Below, in pieces: positions 35,653-48,664 of a stretch of DNA of 64,000 nucleotides (positions are counted from its first letter, which is position 1; each line of letters opens with the position of its first letter). This DNA is from an uncultured Planctomycetota bacterium (lineage in GTDB: Bacteria > Planctomycetota > Planctomycetia > Isosphaerales > Isosphaeraceae): NCBI GenBank assembly GCA_963823665.1, contig CAWGMQ010000003.1, positions 1,434,388-1,498,387 of the forward strand, given 5' to 3'. The position numbers were made by a program, and so were the translations under genes. The notes under the pieces were generated by a model. The model searched no databases. It was not told the origin of the DNA and saw nothing but the letters and a program-made list of their open reading frames with translations.

Positions 35653-38600
35653 ATGCATCTGGTCGGAATTCCGGTGTTCCTGGCGGGCCTCGGACTTGCT
35701 GTGTTCGATGGGGGTACGACGCTCAAGGATCAGCTCGCTCGCGAAGGTGCGGCCGTGCTGGCCAAGGCGGCCATGTCCAGTGGCGACGCGCGCCGTGGTG
35801 CGATCGCGTTTTATCAGCCCCAACTCATGTGCGTGACGTGTCATCGCGAGGGAGAGACCGGTGAAGGGCTGGGCCCGGACCTTGCGGCGGTGGGCAAGAC
35901 CGCAGCGGGTGTGCTTGTTGTCGAAGCCATTCTGGAGCCCTCGAAGACGATTCGCAAAGGGTATGAGACTGTGACCGTGGTGACGAAGGATGGAAAGACG
36001 CTCTCCGGGCGGCTGCTGGAAGAGCGTCCGGAGGCGATCGTGCTGCGCGAGTCTGCGTCGCAAGGCAAGTCGATCACGATCGCGCGGGCGGATATTGACG
36101 AGCGGCGCGACAAGGGCCCATCGCTCATGCCCGAGGGTCTGGTGAATCAGCTTGGCTCGCGGCAGCAATTCCTCGACCTCGTGCGCTATTTGATGGAGAT
36201 CGCCGATCGCGGGCCGGCACGCGCGCTGGAATTGCGGCCCGCTTCCGGGACGATCGGCATTGCACCATTGCCCGGCTATGAGGCTGATCTGGACCATGCC
36301 GGGATCATCGCCGATCTGGGTGCCCGTAGCTTCGGGCGCGGCCGTCGAATTTACGAGCGCGTCTGCGCGAACTGTCACGGCACCAAGGATCGCCCCGGCT
36401 CGTTGCCCTCGTCACTCCGTTTCGCGTCGGGTGTGTTCAAGAATGGGTCTGATCCGTATCGGATGTATCAGACGCTGACGCTGGGCTTGGGCCAGATGGC
36501 GCCGCAGACCTGGATGGTGCCAATGCAGAAGTATGATGTGATCCACTACATCCGCGAAGAGTACTTGAAAGCCACGAATTCCACACAATATTCGCGGATT
36601 GATCGTGGCTATCTGGACCGATTGCCGAAGGGAAGAACGCGAGGCCCGGCGCCGGCGGCCATGGATCCGTGGATCGCAATGGATTACGGTCCGAGCTTGA
36701 TGGCGACGGTGGAAGCCGGTGACGACGGCACAAACATCGCGTACAAGGGAATCGCGGTGCGGCTCGATCCTGGGCCGGGCGGGGTCTCGCGCGGGCGGGC
36801 CTGGTCGCTTTTCGAGCATGACACACTGCGGCTCGCGGCTACGTGGACGGGCGAGGGTTTCATCGATTGGGAAGGCATCAACTTCAACGGGAAGCACCAG
36901 GTGCACCCACGAGTTGTGGGGCTGGTCCGGGTTGCGAATCCGTCCGGCCCCGGCTGGGGGAACCCGGAGACCGGCGGCTTCGATGACCCTCGACCCAGGG
37001 GCCGGGACGGCCGCCCATTTGGCCCGCTGCCGCGGCGCTGGGGACACTACAGAGGCTTGTATCAAAGTGGCGGGAAGACGATTCTGTCCTACACGGTCGG
37101 CACGACGGCGGTGCTCGAGACCCCGGGTCTGGAGGACTTCGGACCGACGCCGGTCTTCACTCGGTCGTTCGAGATCGGGCCTCGCGAGCGTGATCTGGTG
37201 TTGCAGGTCGCGCATCTGCCGGGTGCGCCGGCCTCCTTGCGCATCGTGAAGACGGACGCTTCGGGCGAGGCCGTTTTATTCGGCGCCTTACTGGCGCCGG
37301 CCCGGGTGCAGCACCGACAGTGGCCATCAACTCAGTGCACACCGGCAATGACGCGAAGTCATCCGGGAGCGGGGGTGTCCGGGCGATCCAGCGCCAGTAC
37401 GCGACATCCGGGGCCGCGGAAATCGTCGCTGCCGGCCTGTCGAGTGCAGCGGTCGGATTCACGTGGAACACTGCGGAGCACGGGAATCTCCGGCTGACTG
37501 TTCCCAAGGGTCCAGAGGCCATCCGTTTCACGCTCTGGATCTGCGGGGCCTCGACGGAGGCGGAAGCGCTCGCAGCAGCCAACTCGATCAGACGCGGGGA
37601 ACCAGCCCCGGTGCTTTCCACACTCACCCACGGCGGTGCTTCCTTGTGGGGAACGGTTCTCTCCACGCAAGCAGAAGTCGGCCGTGATGACGGCCCGTTC
37701 GCGGTTGACGTGCTGACCCAGCCCGACCGTAATCCCTGGCTATGCCAGATGCGCTCGACCGGCCTCGACTTCCTACCGAGTGGCAACAAGGCTGTGCTCT
37801 GCACGTGGGACGGCGACGTGTGGGAGGTTCAAGGAATCGACGACCGGTCCGGGAAACTGTCCTGGAGGCGGATTGCGTCGGGGCTGTTCCAACCGCTTGG
37901 GATCAAGGTGGTGCGGGGCCAGATCCACGTCTTATGCCGCGATCAGATTGTGATTCTGCACGACTATAACGGCGACGGTGAAACCGACTTTTATGAAAAC
38001 TTCAACAGCGATCATCAAGTCACCGAGCACTTCCATGAATTTGCAATGGGCTTGCAGACCGATGCGGCAGGGAACTTCTATTACGCCAAAGCGGCCCGCC
38101 ACGGTCTACAGGCCGTGGTTCCGCACCATGGTACGCTGCTTCGAGTCAGTCGCGACGGGGGCCGGACCGACATCCTCGCGACCGGCTTTCGCGCGCCGAA
38201 CGGCGTGTGCGTGAACCCGGACGGTACATTCTTTGTGACGGATCAGGAAGGCTTCTGGCTACCCAAGAACCGGATCAACTGGGTGAAACCGGGAAGCTTC
38301 CACGGCAATATGTGGGGATATCATGGCGTGACTGACTCGTCTGATTCGGCGATGGAGCCGCCAGTATGCTGGATCACCAACAGTTTCGACCGCTCGCCGG
38401 GAGAGGTCGTCCGGGTCGAGGGGAACGGCTGGGGCCTGCTCGAGGGAAGTCTGCTCAACTTGTCTTACGGATACGGCAAGATCTTTGTTGTGTTGTGCGA
38501 ACGCCTGGGCGATAAGATGCAAGGCGGGATGGCGACTCTGCCGATTCCGCAGTTCCCAACCGGCGTCATGCGCGGGCGATTCCATCCGGGCGACCACCAG

Positions 38601-39062
38601 TTATACACGTGCGGCATGTACGCCTGGGCCGGCAATCAGACGCAGCCTGGTGGTTTCTATCGAGTGCGTTACACGGGGAAGCCGCTTGTTGTTCCAATCG
38701 ACCTGACGGCGCGACGCGACGGAATAGCGATTTCATTTACCGGTTCGCTCGATCCCTTAACGGCTGGCGACCCGAGCAACTACTCGGTTCGGGTCTGGGG
38801 GCTGAAGCGATCGGAGAACTACGGCTCGGAGCACATTGACGAGCGGTCGCTGGCGATCCGCGCGGCCAAAGTTTCCGCGGATGGGCGAACTGTGAAGCTT
38901 GTGATCGCGGACCTGGCGCCGACGTGGTGCATGGCAATCACTTATGCGATCCGGGGCGCTCAAGGGTCGGAAGTCACCGGGGAGATTCACAACACGATCC
39001 ACCAGTTGCCTGCGGCGGCCGGTGCTGGGTCTGAAAAGAACGCGAGTCGGCACGCAAAATGA
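35653..39062 (+). CDS. cytochrome c (two CxxCH) membrane-bound dehydrogenase-like beta-propeller protein, Pirellula/Verrucomicrobium type (apparent frameshift ~37320-37500)
   Basis: N-terminal TM; heme motifs CVTCH and CANCH; C-terminal propeller-like region (FYYAKAARHG, RAPNGVCVNPDGTFFVTDQEG); two overlapping ORFs, 35548..37497 and 37320..39062. Confidence 0.65.
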
Positions 39063-39073
39063 TCAAGCAATCG

Positions 39074-41175
39074 TCAGGGAATATTCTCCCAACCTTCGAC
39101 ACCGATCTTCGGCTCGTTGCAAGTGCCGTTCTCGCAAATGTAGGTTGTCGTCTGCCCTTCGCGGAGCGGTCGATTCGCGAGCAAGGCGACTTTGCCCGCG
39201 AGGAGCGCGGATTGTCCCGGCGTTGCCGGGGCGACGACCTTGCGCGGGCGGAATTTGCTGGAAATCGTGTCGAGGACCTTGCGCGTTACCGCGGAGTCAG
39301 ACCCTGCGATCACGGCAAATTCGGTCACTGTGCCCAGCAGGAAATCGAGCGCGATCAGGCTCTGTCCACAGGCGGCGGGCTCGCGCTCGAGGACGGATTG
39401 AATGGCCTCGAGCGCTTCTTTGCCGGCCCGGGTGAGGTCGGCTCGACCGGTCAAGGCGCCCAGGCGCAGGAGCGCGGTCGCGGCCAGGCCGCTGCCGGAG
39501 GGAGTTGCGTTGTCGTGGATCTCTTTCTGGCGTGCGATCGAGCGCCTCGTGGCGACGGCCGGTGAAGAAGAAGCCCCCCTGCTCCGTATCGCTGAATTCG
39601 TCGATCATGATTGCAGAGAGGTCCAGGGCGGATTCCAGCCAGCGCGGGTCGCCGGTCGATTCGTAGAGTCGAGTCAGACCGTCGATCAGGCTCGCGTAGT
39701 CGTCGAGATAGGCATCGAGCTTGGCCTGACCGTCCTTGAACGTGTGCAGCAACCGACCGTCGCTCTGCCTCATCCGGTCCAGGATGAAAGCAGCGGCCCG
39801 GCCGGCGGCTTCGATGTATCGTTCATCCGAGAGTACACGGCCTCCTTCCGCCAGCGCGGCGATCATCAAGCCATTCCAGGAGACCAGGACCTTGGTGTCC
39901 ATGGCGGGCGGCACGCGTTTCTCGCGCACGTCCAGGAGGAGAGCCCGCGAACTTGCGAGCTCGGCTACGAGCGCGCCGCATTCGCGGCCGAGCAGTTTGG
40001 CCGCCTGTTCGACCGGCTTGGTCAAGTTGAGGATGCTATGATCCTCCCAGTTGCCTTGCTCATTGATATCGTATACATAACAGAATGTCTTGGCTCGTTC
40101 AGGGCCGAGCGCTTCGGTGACTTCAGGAAGCGACCAGACGTAGTATTTGCCTTCGACACCTTCGCTATCAGCATCCTCGGTCGAATGGAATGCGCCATGG
40201 GTGCCGGTCATCCGGCCGAGAACGTAGTTCAACGTTTCGCGGGCGACCTGACGGAACGAGGGATCACCGGTCGCCTGCAACGCTTCCAGGAAGGTCGAGC
40301 TCAACAGGGCGTTATCGTAGAGCATTTTTTCGAAGTGCGGCACGAGCCACCTCTCGTCGGTGGAGTAGCGCGCGAAGCCGCCGCCCAGGTGATCGTAGAT
40401 TCCTCCTTGTGCCATTTTCCGGAGCGTGTGACGCACGACGTGCAACGCCTGGTCATCGCCGGTTCGAGAGTGATGCCGCAGCAGTACGCGAAGATCCATG
40501 GGATGCGGAAACTTCGGGGCCCGGCCAAAGCCCCCGTGAATGGGGTCGAAGTTTCGCATCAGGGTTCGCGCCGCCTGGTCGAGCAGCTTGAAGTCGAGCG
40601 ACCCGGCGCCCTTGCTCATCGACCCGAACGCACGCAGTTGCTCGGTCATCGCGTGTGCCGATTCGACGATCTCTTCGTGCCGTTCTTCCCAGGCGCGGTG
40701 GACGCTCAGGAGCACGCGCGCGAAGCCAGCCATGCCGCGCGAGTCGGTGGGAGGGAAGTACGTGCCACCGAAGAACGGCTTGCACTCTGGAGTCAGGAAC
40801 ACCGACATCGGCCAGCCGCCGTGTCCGGTCATGGCCATGACGGCCGACATGTAGATCTGATCGAGGTCGGGTCGTTCTTCGCGGTCGACCTTGATGTTGA
40901 CGAAGTGCTCGTTCATCAAGGCAGCGATCTCGGGGTTCTCGAAGCTCTCGTGCTCCATCACATGGCACCAGTGACATGCTGAATAACCAATCGACAGGAA
41001 TATCGGCTTGTTTTCGGATCGAGCTTTCTCGAGAGCTTCCGAAGCCCAGGGATACCAGTCGACGGGGTTGGTCGCATGCTGGAGCAGATAAGGGCTGGTT
41101 TCGCGCGCGAGGCGATTCAGTCCGGACTTCGAGGCAGACGCAGAGCTGGAGGGAGATGAATTCACAGATTGGCTT
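39074..41175 (-). CDS. YyaL-like thioredoxin-domain protein (DUF255 plus six-hairpin glycosidase-like domain); apparent frameshift ~39460-39560
   Basis: [24 protein letters not shown]...[44 protein letters not shown]; C-terminal end in ORF 39074..39454. Confidence 0.7.
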
Positions 41176-41254
41176 TCTTCGGCAAGATAGGCCGAGAATA
41201 GGTGAAGAGCAACATGTGTGTGTATCAGTCGGAAAACGTGGCCGGCATTGCTTA

Positions 41255-42962
41255 TCAACGGGTCGAGCCAGCTCCGGCCTTGCCGAAGAGGGCCTGGCGC
41301 ATGCCAAGCTCCGGGCGTCCGGCGTTCTCGTTCCAGTAGCGGAAACCCGCCTTCCAATCCCAGATGGCCCAGCCGATTCCGGCATGCTCGGCAGCTTCAC
41401 GGAATGCCTGGTAGTAGTGAGCACGCGAGGCATTATCGGCCGTGGTGAAGCAGCCGAATTCGCCGACGTGAACCGGACGTCCGTAGTATTCCGACCATTG
41501 CCGGGCTTGGTCGATGGACCCCGCGAAAGCCCGACGGCTGCTGGGATTGCTTGCCTTCGGCTCGTTGTTATAGCTCTTCAACCAGTTGATCACTTTCGGG
41601 CTCAGTTTCAGCGATGGATCGGGCACCAGGGGATGCAGCGGCGGCCCAGGAAAAAGGATGCCCGTCACTTTTGTGTCGGGGCCGGACCATGTGGCACCCT
41701 GGTGAGTGAAGAAAAAAGGCTCATAATTGTGCACGCTTACGATCAAGTTCTCGTCGTCGTCCGGCAGCCGCAGGTCAGGCAGCTCGCCGATGCTGTTCCA
41801 GCGGCCAGGCCCGAGGAAGATTGTTCGCGATGGGTTCGTCTTACGGATGATCTTGATCGTATGCGCGAATATGGGATTCACCACCTCCGTGGTCGCCGCA
41901 TCCTTGGGCTCATTCAAGAGCTCGAACGAGAGCCAATCGGGCGATTTGCCGTAGTGCGCCGCGAGCTGAGCCCATATTGCCTCGAACTTCGCGGTCAGGG
42001 CGTGGGGGTCGCTGGTAAAGTCATCGAAGTGGTGAATGTTGATCAAAACGCCGAGCTTCTCGCGCAAGCCGGCGTCGACGAGCTCATCAACGCGCGCAAA
42101 GAACTCGGGCTTGATGCGGAATTCCGGTGCGGGGCCCGTGTAGTGATGCCAGGCGATGGGGATGCGGACGTGGTCGAATCCCTCGTTCTTGATCAGGCGA
42201 AGATCCGTGGCGCTATAGTGCCCGCCCCAGTCCTGGCCCGGCGGAGCTTCGAGACTATTGGCGAGGTTGGCGCCGCGGAGGAATCGCTTGGCGGCTTGGT
42301 GCGCCGGGGACGATCGTCCTTCGATCCGCCGCATGTCGCGGAAACCGGCCGGCCTCACTGCGCGAGAAAAGGCTGATGGTGACGGGGCGCCCGCCTTCGA
42401 CGTCAACCTGTGTGAAGAGAGTCTGGTTGTGCCAGCTTCGTGCATAGTGCGAACCGGCAACTGCCGGAGCATCGTTTGTTTGACGAGCGATGGTGCCACC
42501 GCCGCTCTGCCACGGGGCCGACGGGCTACCGGTTCGCGACTCGAATCCACCGCCCGAGAGCTTGGCGCCGTCTGCTTTAACCTCGTCCCAAAGTACTTCC
42601 TCGCGGTAGATCGATCCCCTGGCGGCTTCCTCCCACGGGCCCATCAAGGTCAACGTGACGGTGCCCGAACGACTGGGAGTGAACTCAATCGCCAGGGATC
42701 GCCAGCCGACGTGGGTCACCGCGAAGCTGATCGTGTAGCCCCGAGTCTGTTCCGCTGCGGGAACCCAGTTCATGCGCGAGATCGTTCCGTCTCCCGAGAC
42801 CACGCGACCGTTTTCAAGGGATCCGGTGCCCGCGTCGCCCGTCAGGTCGAATCGCGCGGTCGCGGCCATCTTGGCGGGCAGATCCTGCGCCTGAGCCGCA
42901 GCCGTCACCATCGCGCAAACCAGCGCGACCGAGGCTTTGATTGTCGCGATTCGAGTGTCCAT
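41255..42962 (-). CDS. secreted glycoside hydrolase family 5 (cellulase-like) with N-terminal accessory domain (apparent frameshift ~42380-42550)
   Basis: Signal [25 protein letters not shown]; GH5 core: [31 protein letters not shown] (catalytic NEP), VHVGEFG (nucleophile). Confidence 0.65.
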
Positions 42963-43194
42963 GATTGAACTTCTTGTGAATCGAAGGTAAGCCGCTCGAC
43001 GAAGGCGAACGATGACCTCAGTTTCACAACACGCTGCCGCAGAAGCAAGAGATCAGGCCAAGCCGATGATGAAGCCAGGCATCGCTGCTATAATCAAGAG
43101 GAGGGCGATCGTGCAATTCGGGCGTTCGTCGCGGTGAGTACACGCTGCTTGAGCGAGCATCTGTCCTGCGACTCGCAGAAGGAGATCTAAAGAC

Positions 43195-44349
43195 ATGGTT
43201 CTTCGCACTTCTCGTCGGCGATTTGTCGAACGGACGGCGCAGACGCTCGGGGTTCTGGCGTTCATGGGCCGCGGGCGGGCCAGGCCTCAAACTGTGTCCG
43301 ATCGGAGCAAGACTGCAGCGGGCGCTACCTCGGCCACGGAGTTGATCGAACACGGAGTTGCTTTTCTTCGGCCACGCCAGGATGCCAAAGGTGGGTGGTC
43401 GACCCAGCGCGAGCCTGGAGTAACGGCGCTCGTCGTGACGGCGCTCTTGAGGTCGGGGCAGGTTGCACCCGGCGATACGGCCGTAACCAAAGCGTTGGCC
43501 TATCTCGAGAGATTCATTGGGCCAAAGGGTGGATTGTCGGAGGCACCCCACGCCAACTACTCGACGTCGATCGCGCTCATCGCGTTCCAGCAAGCCAACG
43601 TGAACGGCCGGTACGACCGCATCATCAAGGCCGGACAGAAGTTCCTGACGACCATGCAGTGGGACGAGAGCGAGGGCAAGTCGCGAGAGAACGCATTCTA
43701 CGGAGGCGCGGGCTACGGCGGGTCGAACAGCCGGCCCGACCTTTCGAACACGGCGTTCTTGATCGAATCACTTCGGGATACCGGATTGCCGGCTGACGAT
43801 CCCAGCTTGAAGAAAGCGTTAATCTTCGTTTCCCGCTGCCAGAACTTGAAAAGCGAATTCAACGACCAGGAATGGGCCGGCAAGGTCAACGACGGGGGGT
43901 TCATCTATACCGCCGCAAACGGCGGCGAGACCATGGCAGGCAAGGAGGGTGATGGCGGCCTGAGGTCGTATGCCAGCATGACTTATGCCGGCCTCAAAAG
44001 CATGATCTATGCCGGTCTAGGCCGCGATGATCCGCGCGTCAAGGCTGCCCTTACTTACGTCAAGCGGCATTACACGCTGGACGAGAACCCGGGTCTCGGT
44101 CAGCAGGGGCTTTATTACTTCTACCACACCTTCGGCAAGACGATGTTCGTCCTGGGTGACCCAACGCTCATCGACTCCGCCGGCAACACTCATGACTGGC
44201 GCGCCGAGCTTGTCGCCGCCCTGGCGAAGCGGCAGCAACGCGAGGGCGGGTGGGTCAACCCTGCGGACCGTTTCATGGAAGGAGACCCTAACCTGGTGAC
44301 TGCCTACGCGCTTCTGGCCTTGGCCTACACACGGGCCAAGGCGAAATGA
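43195..44349 (+). CDS. prenyltransferase / squalene-oxidase-repeat (terpenoid cyclase-like) protein with Tat signal
   Basis: MVLRTSRRRFVERTAQTLGVLAF; repeated QxxxGxW-like units (QDAKGGWS, QREGGWVN, KVNDGGFIYTA). Confidence 0.6.
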   Translation: MVLRTSRRRFVERTAQTLGVLAFMGRGRARPQTVSDRSKTAAGATSATELIEHGVAFLRPRQDAKGGWSTQREPGVTALVVTALLRSGQVAPGDTAVTKALAYLERFIGPKGGLSEAPHANYSTSIALIAFQQANVNGRYDRIIKAGQKFLTTMQWDESEGKSRENAFYGGAGYGGSNSRPDLSNTAFLIESLRDTGLPADDPSLKKALIFVSRCQNLKSEFNDQEWAGKVNDGGFIYTAANGGETMAGKEGDGGLRSYASMTYAGLKSMIYAGLGRDDPRVKAALTYVKRHYTLDENPGLGQQGLYYFYHTFGKTMFVLGDPTLIDSAGNTHDWRAELVAALAKRQQREGGWVNPADRFMEGDPNLVTAYALLALAYTRAKAK

Positions 44350-44402
44350 AAAGCGGCAGGCGAGAGCCGCGTGTGCACCCGACACCGTAATGCGAGTGAT
44401 TG

Positions 44403-44831
44403 CTAGTTACTCAACTCGCGTTCAAGGCGAAACCTCATCTGGCCGAGTTCGTCGCCGGCGTAGTCGCTATGCGGCCATGGCCAGTTCACGGCGTCCTCGT
44501 TGAAGCGTGGAATGAGATGCCAGTGACAGTGGTCGATTGTCTGCCCGGCCACTTCACCGTTGTTCACGACGACGTTAAGGCCATGAGCACCGGTGGCAGC
44601 AACGACTGCCCGAGCGAGTCGCGGCAAGAGCGTGCACACGCTGCCGGCGAGTGAGTCGGGAAGGTCTGCCAGCTTGGCGTAGTGCGCCTTCGGGACCAGC
44701 AGGGTGTGACCTCGATTGACCGGGTTGATGTCGAGAAATGCGACCGAGTCATCCGTCTCGATTACCCGGGCCGACGGAATCTCACCACGGACGATCTTGC
44801 AGAAGATGCAATGAGGGTCATGTGGTATCAC
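44403..44831 (-). CDS. HIT-family (histidine triad) hydrolase
   Basis: CIFCKIVRGEIPSARVIETDDSVAFLDINPVNRGHTLLVPK...HCHWHLIP (HxHxHxx motif); start assumed at GTG 44831. Confidence 0.6.
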   Translation of the reverse strand: MIPHDPHCIFCKIVRGEIPSARVIETDDSVAFLDINPVNRGHTLLVPKAHYAKLADLPDSLAGSVCTLLPRLARAVVAATGAHGLNVVVNNGEVAGQTIDHCHWHLIPRFNEDAVNWPWPHSDYAGDELGQMRFRLERELSN

Positions 44832-44974
44832 GAGTTCGCGTTCCACCCCTTCGGTATCGAACCGAGCAGTCTGTGAGGCCGCCGTGAAGCGCCCGCACCA
44901 TCGATTCACCCCGGCGAGCAAGCGGTGGTCGACACCGCACCTTCGACGCGAACATCGTGCGTGGGCGATCTGCG

Positions 44975-45382
44975 TCAGTTCGCGACGACAGCCGGTTTGG
45001 TCGGCGCCTTGATGGCTTCGTCTGCACCTAACAGTGCGATGACCGCCATCGGAGCCGCGTCTCCTTGACGAACCTTGGCCAGCTTGTAGATGCGAGTGTA
45101 TCCTCCGGATCTTTCTTTGTAACGAGGACCAATTTCGTGGAACAACATGTATGCCACGTTCTTGCTCGTCAGCACGGCAGAACACCGGCGGAAGTGATCT
45201 AGATTCCAACCGTCTTTAGCCAAAGTGATCAGCTTCTCGGCAAACGGCTGCACTTCCTTGGCCTTCGCGAGTGTCGTCCGGATCTTACCGTGTTCGATCA
45301 AGGCGGTCGCCAAGTTGCGCAGGAGCATCCGGCGATGAGAGGGTGACCGTTTGAATTTACGGCCGGCTTTCTGGTGACGCAT
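44975..45382 (-). CDS. rplQ: 50S ribosomal protein L17
   Basis: MRHQKAGRKFKRSPSHRRMLLRNLATALIEHGKIRTT. Confidence 0.9.
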   Translation of the reverse strand: MRHQKAGRKFKRSPSHRRMLLRNLATALIEHGKIRTTLAKAKEVQPFAEKLITLAKDGWNLDHFRRCSAVLTSKNVAYMLFHEIGPRYKERSGGYTRIYKLAKVRQGDAAPMAVIALLGADEAIKAPTKPAVVAN

Positions 45383-45480
45383 TGGAGACGATGGTCCGTT
45401 GTTAGTCGTGACTGGGGACGGGTGCAAGGGAGTCTTATGCGGCGCCCGTTGGACTGTGTTCGCACGGGACGCCTTCTCGC

Positions 45481-46485
45481 TCACCCGCCGACCTTCATTG
45501 GGACGTTCATTCCGAGATCCAGACCGATTTCGTGCAGTTTGGCGCGGACTTCCTTCAAGGTTGTCTCGCCGAAGTTCCGTACATTCAGAAGCTGGTCCTC
45601 ACTCCGCGTCACCAGATGGCGAACGGTGGTGATCCCTTCGCTTTCCAGGCAATTGGTCGCGCGCACCGAAAGCTCGAGCTCGGCCAAGCTCATGTCGAGC
45701 TTCCGCTCGAGCTCGGCATCCACCGGCATGTGCTGTGACCCATCCCCGGAAAGGGCCTCGGACGGCAAACCTGGCCCGGGCTCGTTGTACTGCACGAACG
45801 GGTTCAAGTGTTTCCGGAGAATCTTCGCAGCCTCGACCAGCGCCATCTCGGGCCCGAGCACGCCCGTCGTCCAGATTCGGAGAATCAGCTTGTCATAGTT
45901 TGTCCTCTGGCCGACTCGCGTGTTCTCCACGTGGTATTCGACTCGATGAACAGGGCTGAAACTCGCGTCGATCGGAATGACCCCGATCTCGACGTCATCG
46001 GTGTGGCCCTCCGCGGCGGTCCGATAGCCTCGACCGTTCTCGACAGTCATCTCCAGGTGAAATGGCACGTCTGCCGTGAGCGAGCAGAGGATATGGTCGG
46101 GATTGATGATCTCGACCGATTCGTCATGAAGAATGTCGGCGGCGGTCACCACGCCCTGGCGATCGCGGTCGATTCGAATCGTGCGCACCGATTCAGAGTG
46201 GTTCTTCACGACCAGCAGCTTGACGTTGAGCACCAGGTCGGTGATGTCGTCGACCATACCCGGAATCGACGAGAACTCGTGATGAACACCGTGAATCTTG
46301 ATTTTCGTGATCGCGCTGCCTTCGAGACTCGACAGCAAGATCCGGCGCAAGCTGTTGCCGACGGTATGGCCGAAGCCACGCTCGAATGGCTCCACGTGGA
46401 ACTCGCCGAATGTGTCGGTCAACGATTCGCGGTTGCAGATCACCCGGCTGGGCAGTTCGAGGCCACGCCAACGGATACGCATCAA
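45481..46485 (-). CDS. rpoA: DNA-directed RNA polymerase alpha subunit
   Basis: [34 protein letters not shown]...; C-terminal domain with [14 protein letters not shown]. Confidence 0.95.
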   Translation of the reverse strand: MMRIRWRGLELPSRVICNRESLTDTFGEFHVEPFERGFGHTVGNSLRRILLSSLEGSAITKIKIHGVHHEFSSIPGMVDDITDLVLNVKLLVVKNHSESVRTIRIDRDRQGVVTAADILHDESVEIINPDHILCSLTADVPFHLEMTVENGRGYRTAAEGHTDDVEIGVIPIDASFSPVHRVEYHVENTRVGQRTNYDKLILRIWTTGVLGPEMALVEAAKILRKHLNPFVQYNEPGPGLPSEALSGDGSQHMPVDAELERKLDMSLAELELSVRATNCLESEGITTVRHLVTRSEDQLLNVRNFGETTLKEVRAKLHEIGLDLGMNVPMKVGG

Positions 46486-46523
46486 AGGTCTCCCCCATCC
46501 AAAACTCGCGGATAGAGCCCGCG

Positions 46524-47153
46524 TCAGCGGCTCAACAACTCGATGATCAACTGGGGCGTCACCGGCAACCCGACATCTTGCGCGACGGGCATGCGGCTGA
46601 TGCGGCCCTCGGGCGGATCGGTGCTAACCCGATCCATCCAGTCAGGGATTGGGGGCCCGCCTCCGGTGGCGACGTTTTCCTGCACGATCTTGCGGGAATG
46701 CTCCCGATTTTTCACCTGGATCTCGTCTCCAGGGCGAACAAGGTAGCTCGGAATGTCGAGCTTCCGTCCGTTGACCATGATATGTCCGTGCGTGATGAGC
46801 TGCCGCGATTGAGGGCGGCTCACCGCAAAACCGAGCCGTGTGACCACATTGTCCAGCCGCCGCTCCAGGAGCGACATGAGCGCGTCGCCCGTATTCCCCG
46901 GCCGCCGCGTCGCTTCCTCGTAATATTTGCGGAACTGGCGTTCGAAGATTCCGTAGTAACGTTTCACTTTTTGCTTTTCGCGCAGCCGGATCGCATATTC
47001 GCTCGCCTTGCTGCGACGAAACTGATGCATGCCCGGCACGCCTTCTCGACGATCCACGGCACACTTGGGTGTATCGCACCGAGACCCTTTCAAGAACAGC
47101 TTGGCGCCTTCGCGGCGACACAATCGACAGACCGGCCCGATATTACGTCCCAT
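46524..47153 (-). CDS. rpsD: 30S ribosomal protein S4
   Basis: [31 protein letters not shown]. Confidence 0.95.
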   Translation of the reverse strand: MGRNIGPVCRLCRREGAKLFLKGSRCDTPKCAVDRREGVPGMHQFRRSKASEYAIRLREKQKVKRYYGIFERQFRKYYEEATRRPGNTGDALMSLLERRLDNVVTRLGFAVSRPQSRQLITHGHIMVNGRKLDIPSYLVRPGDEIQVKNREHSRKIVQENVATGGGPPIPDWMDRVSTDPPEGRISRMPVAQDVGLPVTPQLIIELLSR

Positions 47154-47266
47154 GGCGAATTCAGAACCCTTGAACGTGTGGAACTTTGAGGATCACTTGT
47201 AATCGATCGATCCGAACAAACCGACGTCGCCTTGCTCCATCACCGTGGCCGACCCGAAGTCGCCGG

Positions 47267-47683
47267 CTACACCCGACGCTTCTTGGGCGGACGACAGCCG
47301 TTGTGGGGCAGCGGCGTGACGTCTTCGATGGCCTTGATCAGCAATCCCGACGACTGGATCGCCGTGATCGCACTCTCCCGACCGGACCCCGGCCCCTTGA
47401 CCTTGACCTCGACCTCCTTGACGCCGTACTTCGTTGCCGCCGCCGCCGCCGTCTCCGCCGCCCGCTGCGCGGCGAACGGAGTGCTCTTGCGACTTCCCTT
47501 GAACCCAACCGTTCCCGACGAAGCCCAGCACAAGGCATCGCCGTTGGGGTCGGTAATCGTAACTGTCGTGTTGTTGAAGGTCGCCTTGATGTGCACGACC
47601 GCTCGGCTCACGTTGCGCCGCGTCTTCCGCTTCTTCGCCTTGGCCACTTTTCCGTTGCTCCTCGTGTCTCCGGTTCCGCTCAA
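47267..47683 (-). CDS. rpsK: 30S ribosomal protein S11
   Basis: [46 protein letters not shown]. Confidence 0.9.
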   Translation of the reverse strand: MSGTGDTRSNGKVAKAKKRKTRRNVSRAVVHIKATFNNTTVTITDPNGDALCWASSGTVGFKGSRKSTPFAAQRAAETAAAAATKYGVKEVEVKVKGPGSGRESAITAIQSSGLLIKAIEDVTPLPHNGCRPPKKRRV

Positions 47684-47897
47684 TTCATTTCATTGCTGTA
47701 AATCCCGCCGAGAATTCTCGAAAAGGCCGGGCGATGTAACGGGCCGACGAAGCTTTTCAAGCCTCGCCTCGACCGAGAGAGCCCGGGCGACCCAATCGTG
47801 CCCGTCGAGGCGAAACCGCGGTGACGGCCGGCAGAAATCCGTTTTTACTCTGATGCCCCACCGCACCGACCCCGACACGCGATGGACATCAACTGTC

Positions 47898-48281
47898 TTA
47901 ACGCAGTTCCTTGACACCCTTCTTGCCCGCAACAGTTTTCCGCGGACCTTTGCGGGTTCGGGCATTTGTCCGCGTGCGCTGACCACGGACCGGCAAACCC
48001 TTGCGATGCCGAAGACCGCGATAGCAGCCAATGTCACGCAACCGTGTAATGCTCTGCTGGATCTTCCGCCGAAGCTGGCCTTCAACCGTGAAGTCGTTGT
48101 CCAGCAGCGACGCCAGCTTCGCTAGTTCATCCTCGGTCAGGTCGCGAGCCTTCTTGTCCGGGTCAACCCCGGTACGCTGGCACAAGACCCCGGCCAAGTA
48201 CGGGCCAATTCCGTAAATGTACTGCAACGAGTAATAGGTGTGCTTGTCGTTGGGGATGTCGACGCCGAGAATACGAGGCAT
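47898..48281 (-). CDS. rpsM: 30S ribosomal protein S13
   Basis: [26 protein letters not shown]. Confidence 0.95.
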   Translation of the reverse strand: MPRILGVDIPNDKHTYYSLQYIYGIGPYLAGVLCQRTGVDPDKKARDLTEDELAKLASLLDNDFTVEGQLRRKIQQSITRLRDIGCYRGLRHRKGLPVRGQRTRTNARTRKGPRKTVAGKKGVKELR

Positions 48282-48353
48282 CCGTACGATCTCCGAAGGT
48301 TCATTTCCGGTTGGTTTGGGAACGGCCGGGGATGGCGAGCCGGCATCGGCCGG

Positions 48354-48467
48354 TCAGCCCTGCCGTTGCTTGTGGCGAGGGTTCGTGCAGATCACGTACA
48401 CCTTTCCCGCACGGCGCACAATCTTGCAGTTCTCACAGATACGCTTCACGCTCGATCGAACTTTCAT
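48354..48467 (-). CDS. rpmJ: 50S ribosomal protein L36
   Basis: Own translation: [37 protein letters not shown]; below the ORF-track size cutoff. Confidence 0.85.
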   Translation of the reverse strand: MKVRSSVKRICENCKIVRRAGKVYVICTNPRHKQRQG

Positions 48468-48664
48468 ATCTTGTCAAACACATCGAACGGCCAGCATCGT
48501 GGCCATTTCGATCTCCAGAACGATTTCGGTGAGCCCAGGGCCGAATTTAGTAACTATACGCACGCGGACGCCAATCCGCAAGAGTGGAGGGCAAGAGATC
48601 GGGTTTCTGGTCGCATGTACACAAACTGCAGTTCGCTTTCGCGCTTCGCCTGATTCCGTGGCTG

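Noticed and set aside
39402-42376. Plus-strand ORFs 39402..40982 and 40976..42376
   Set aside because: Antisense to YyaL and GH5 genes.
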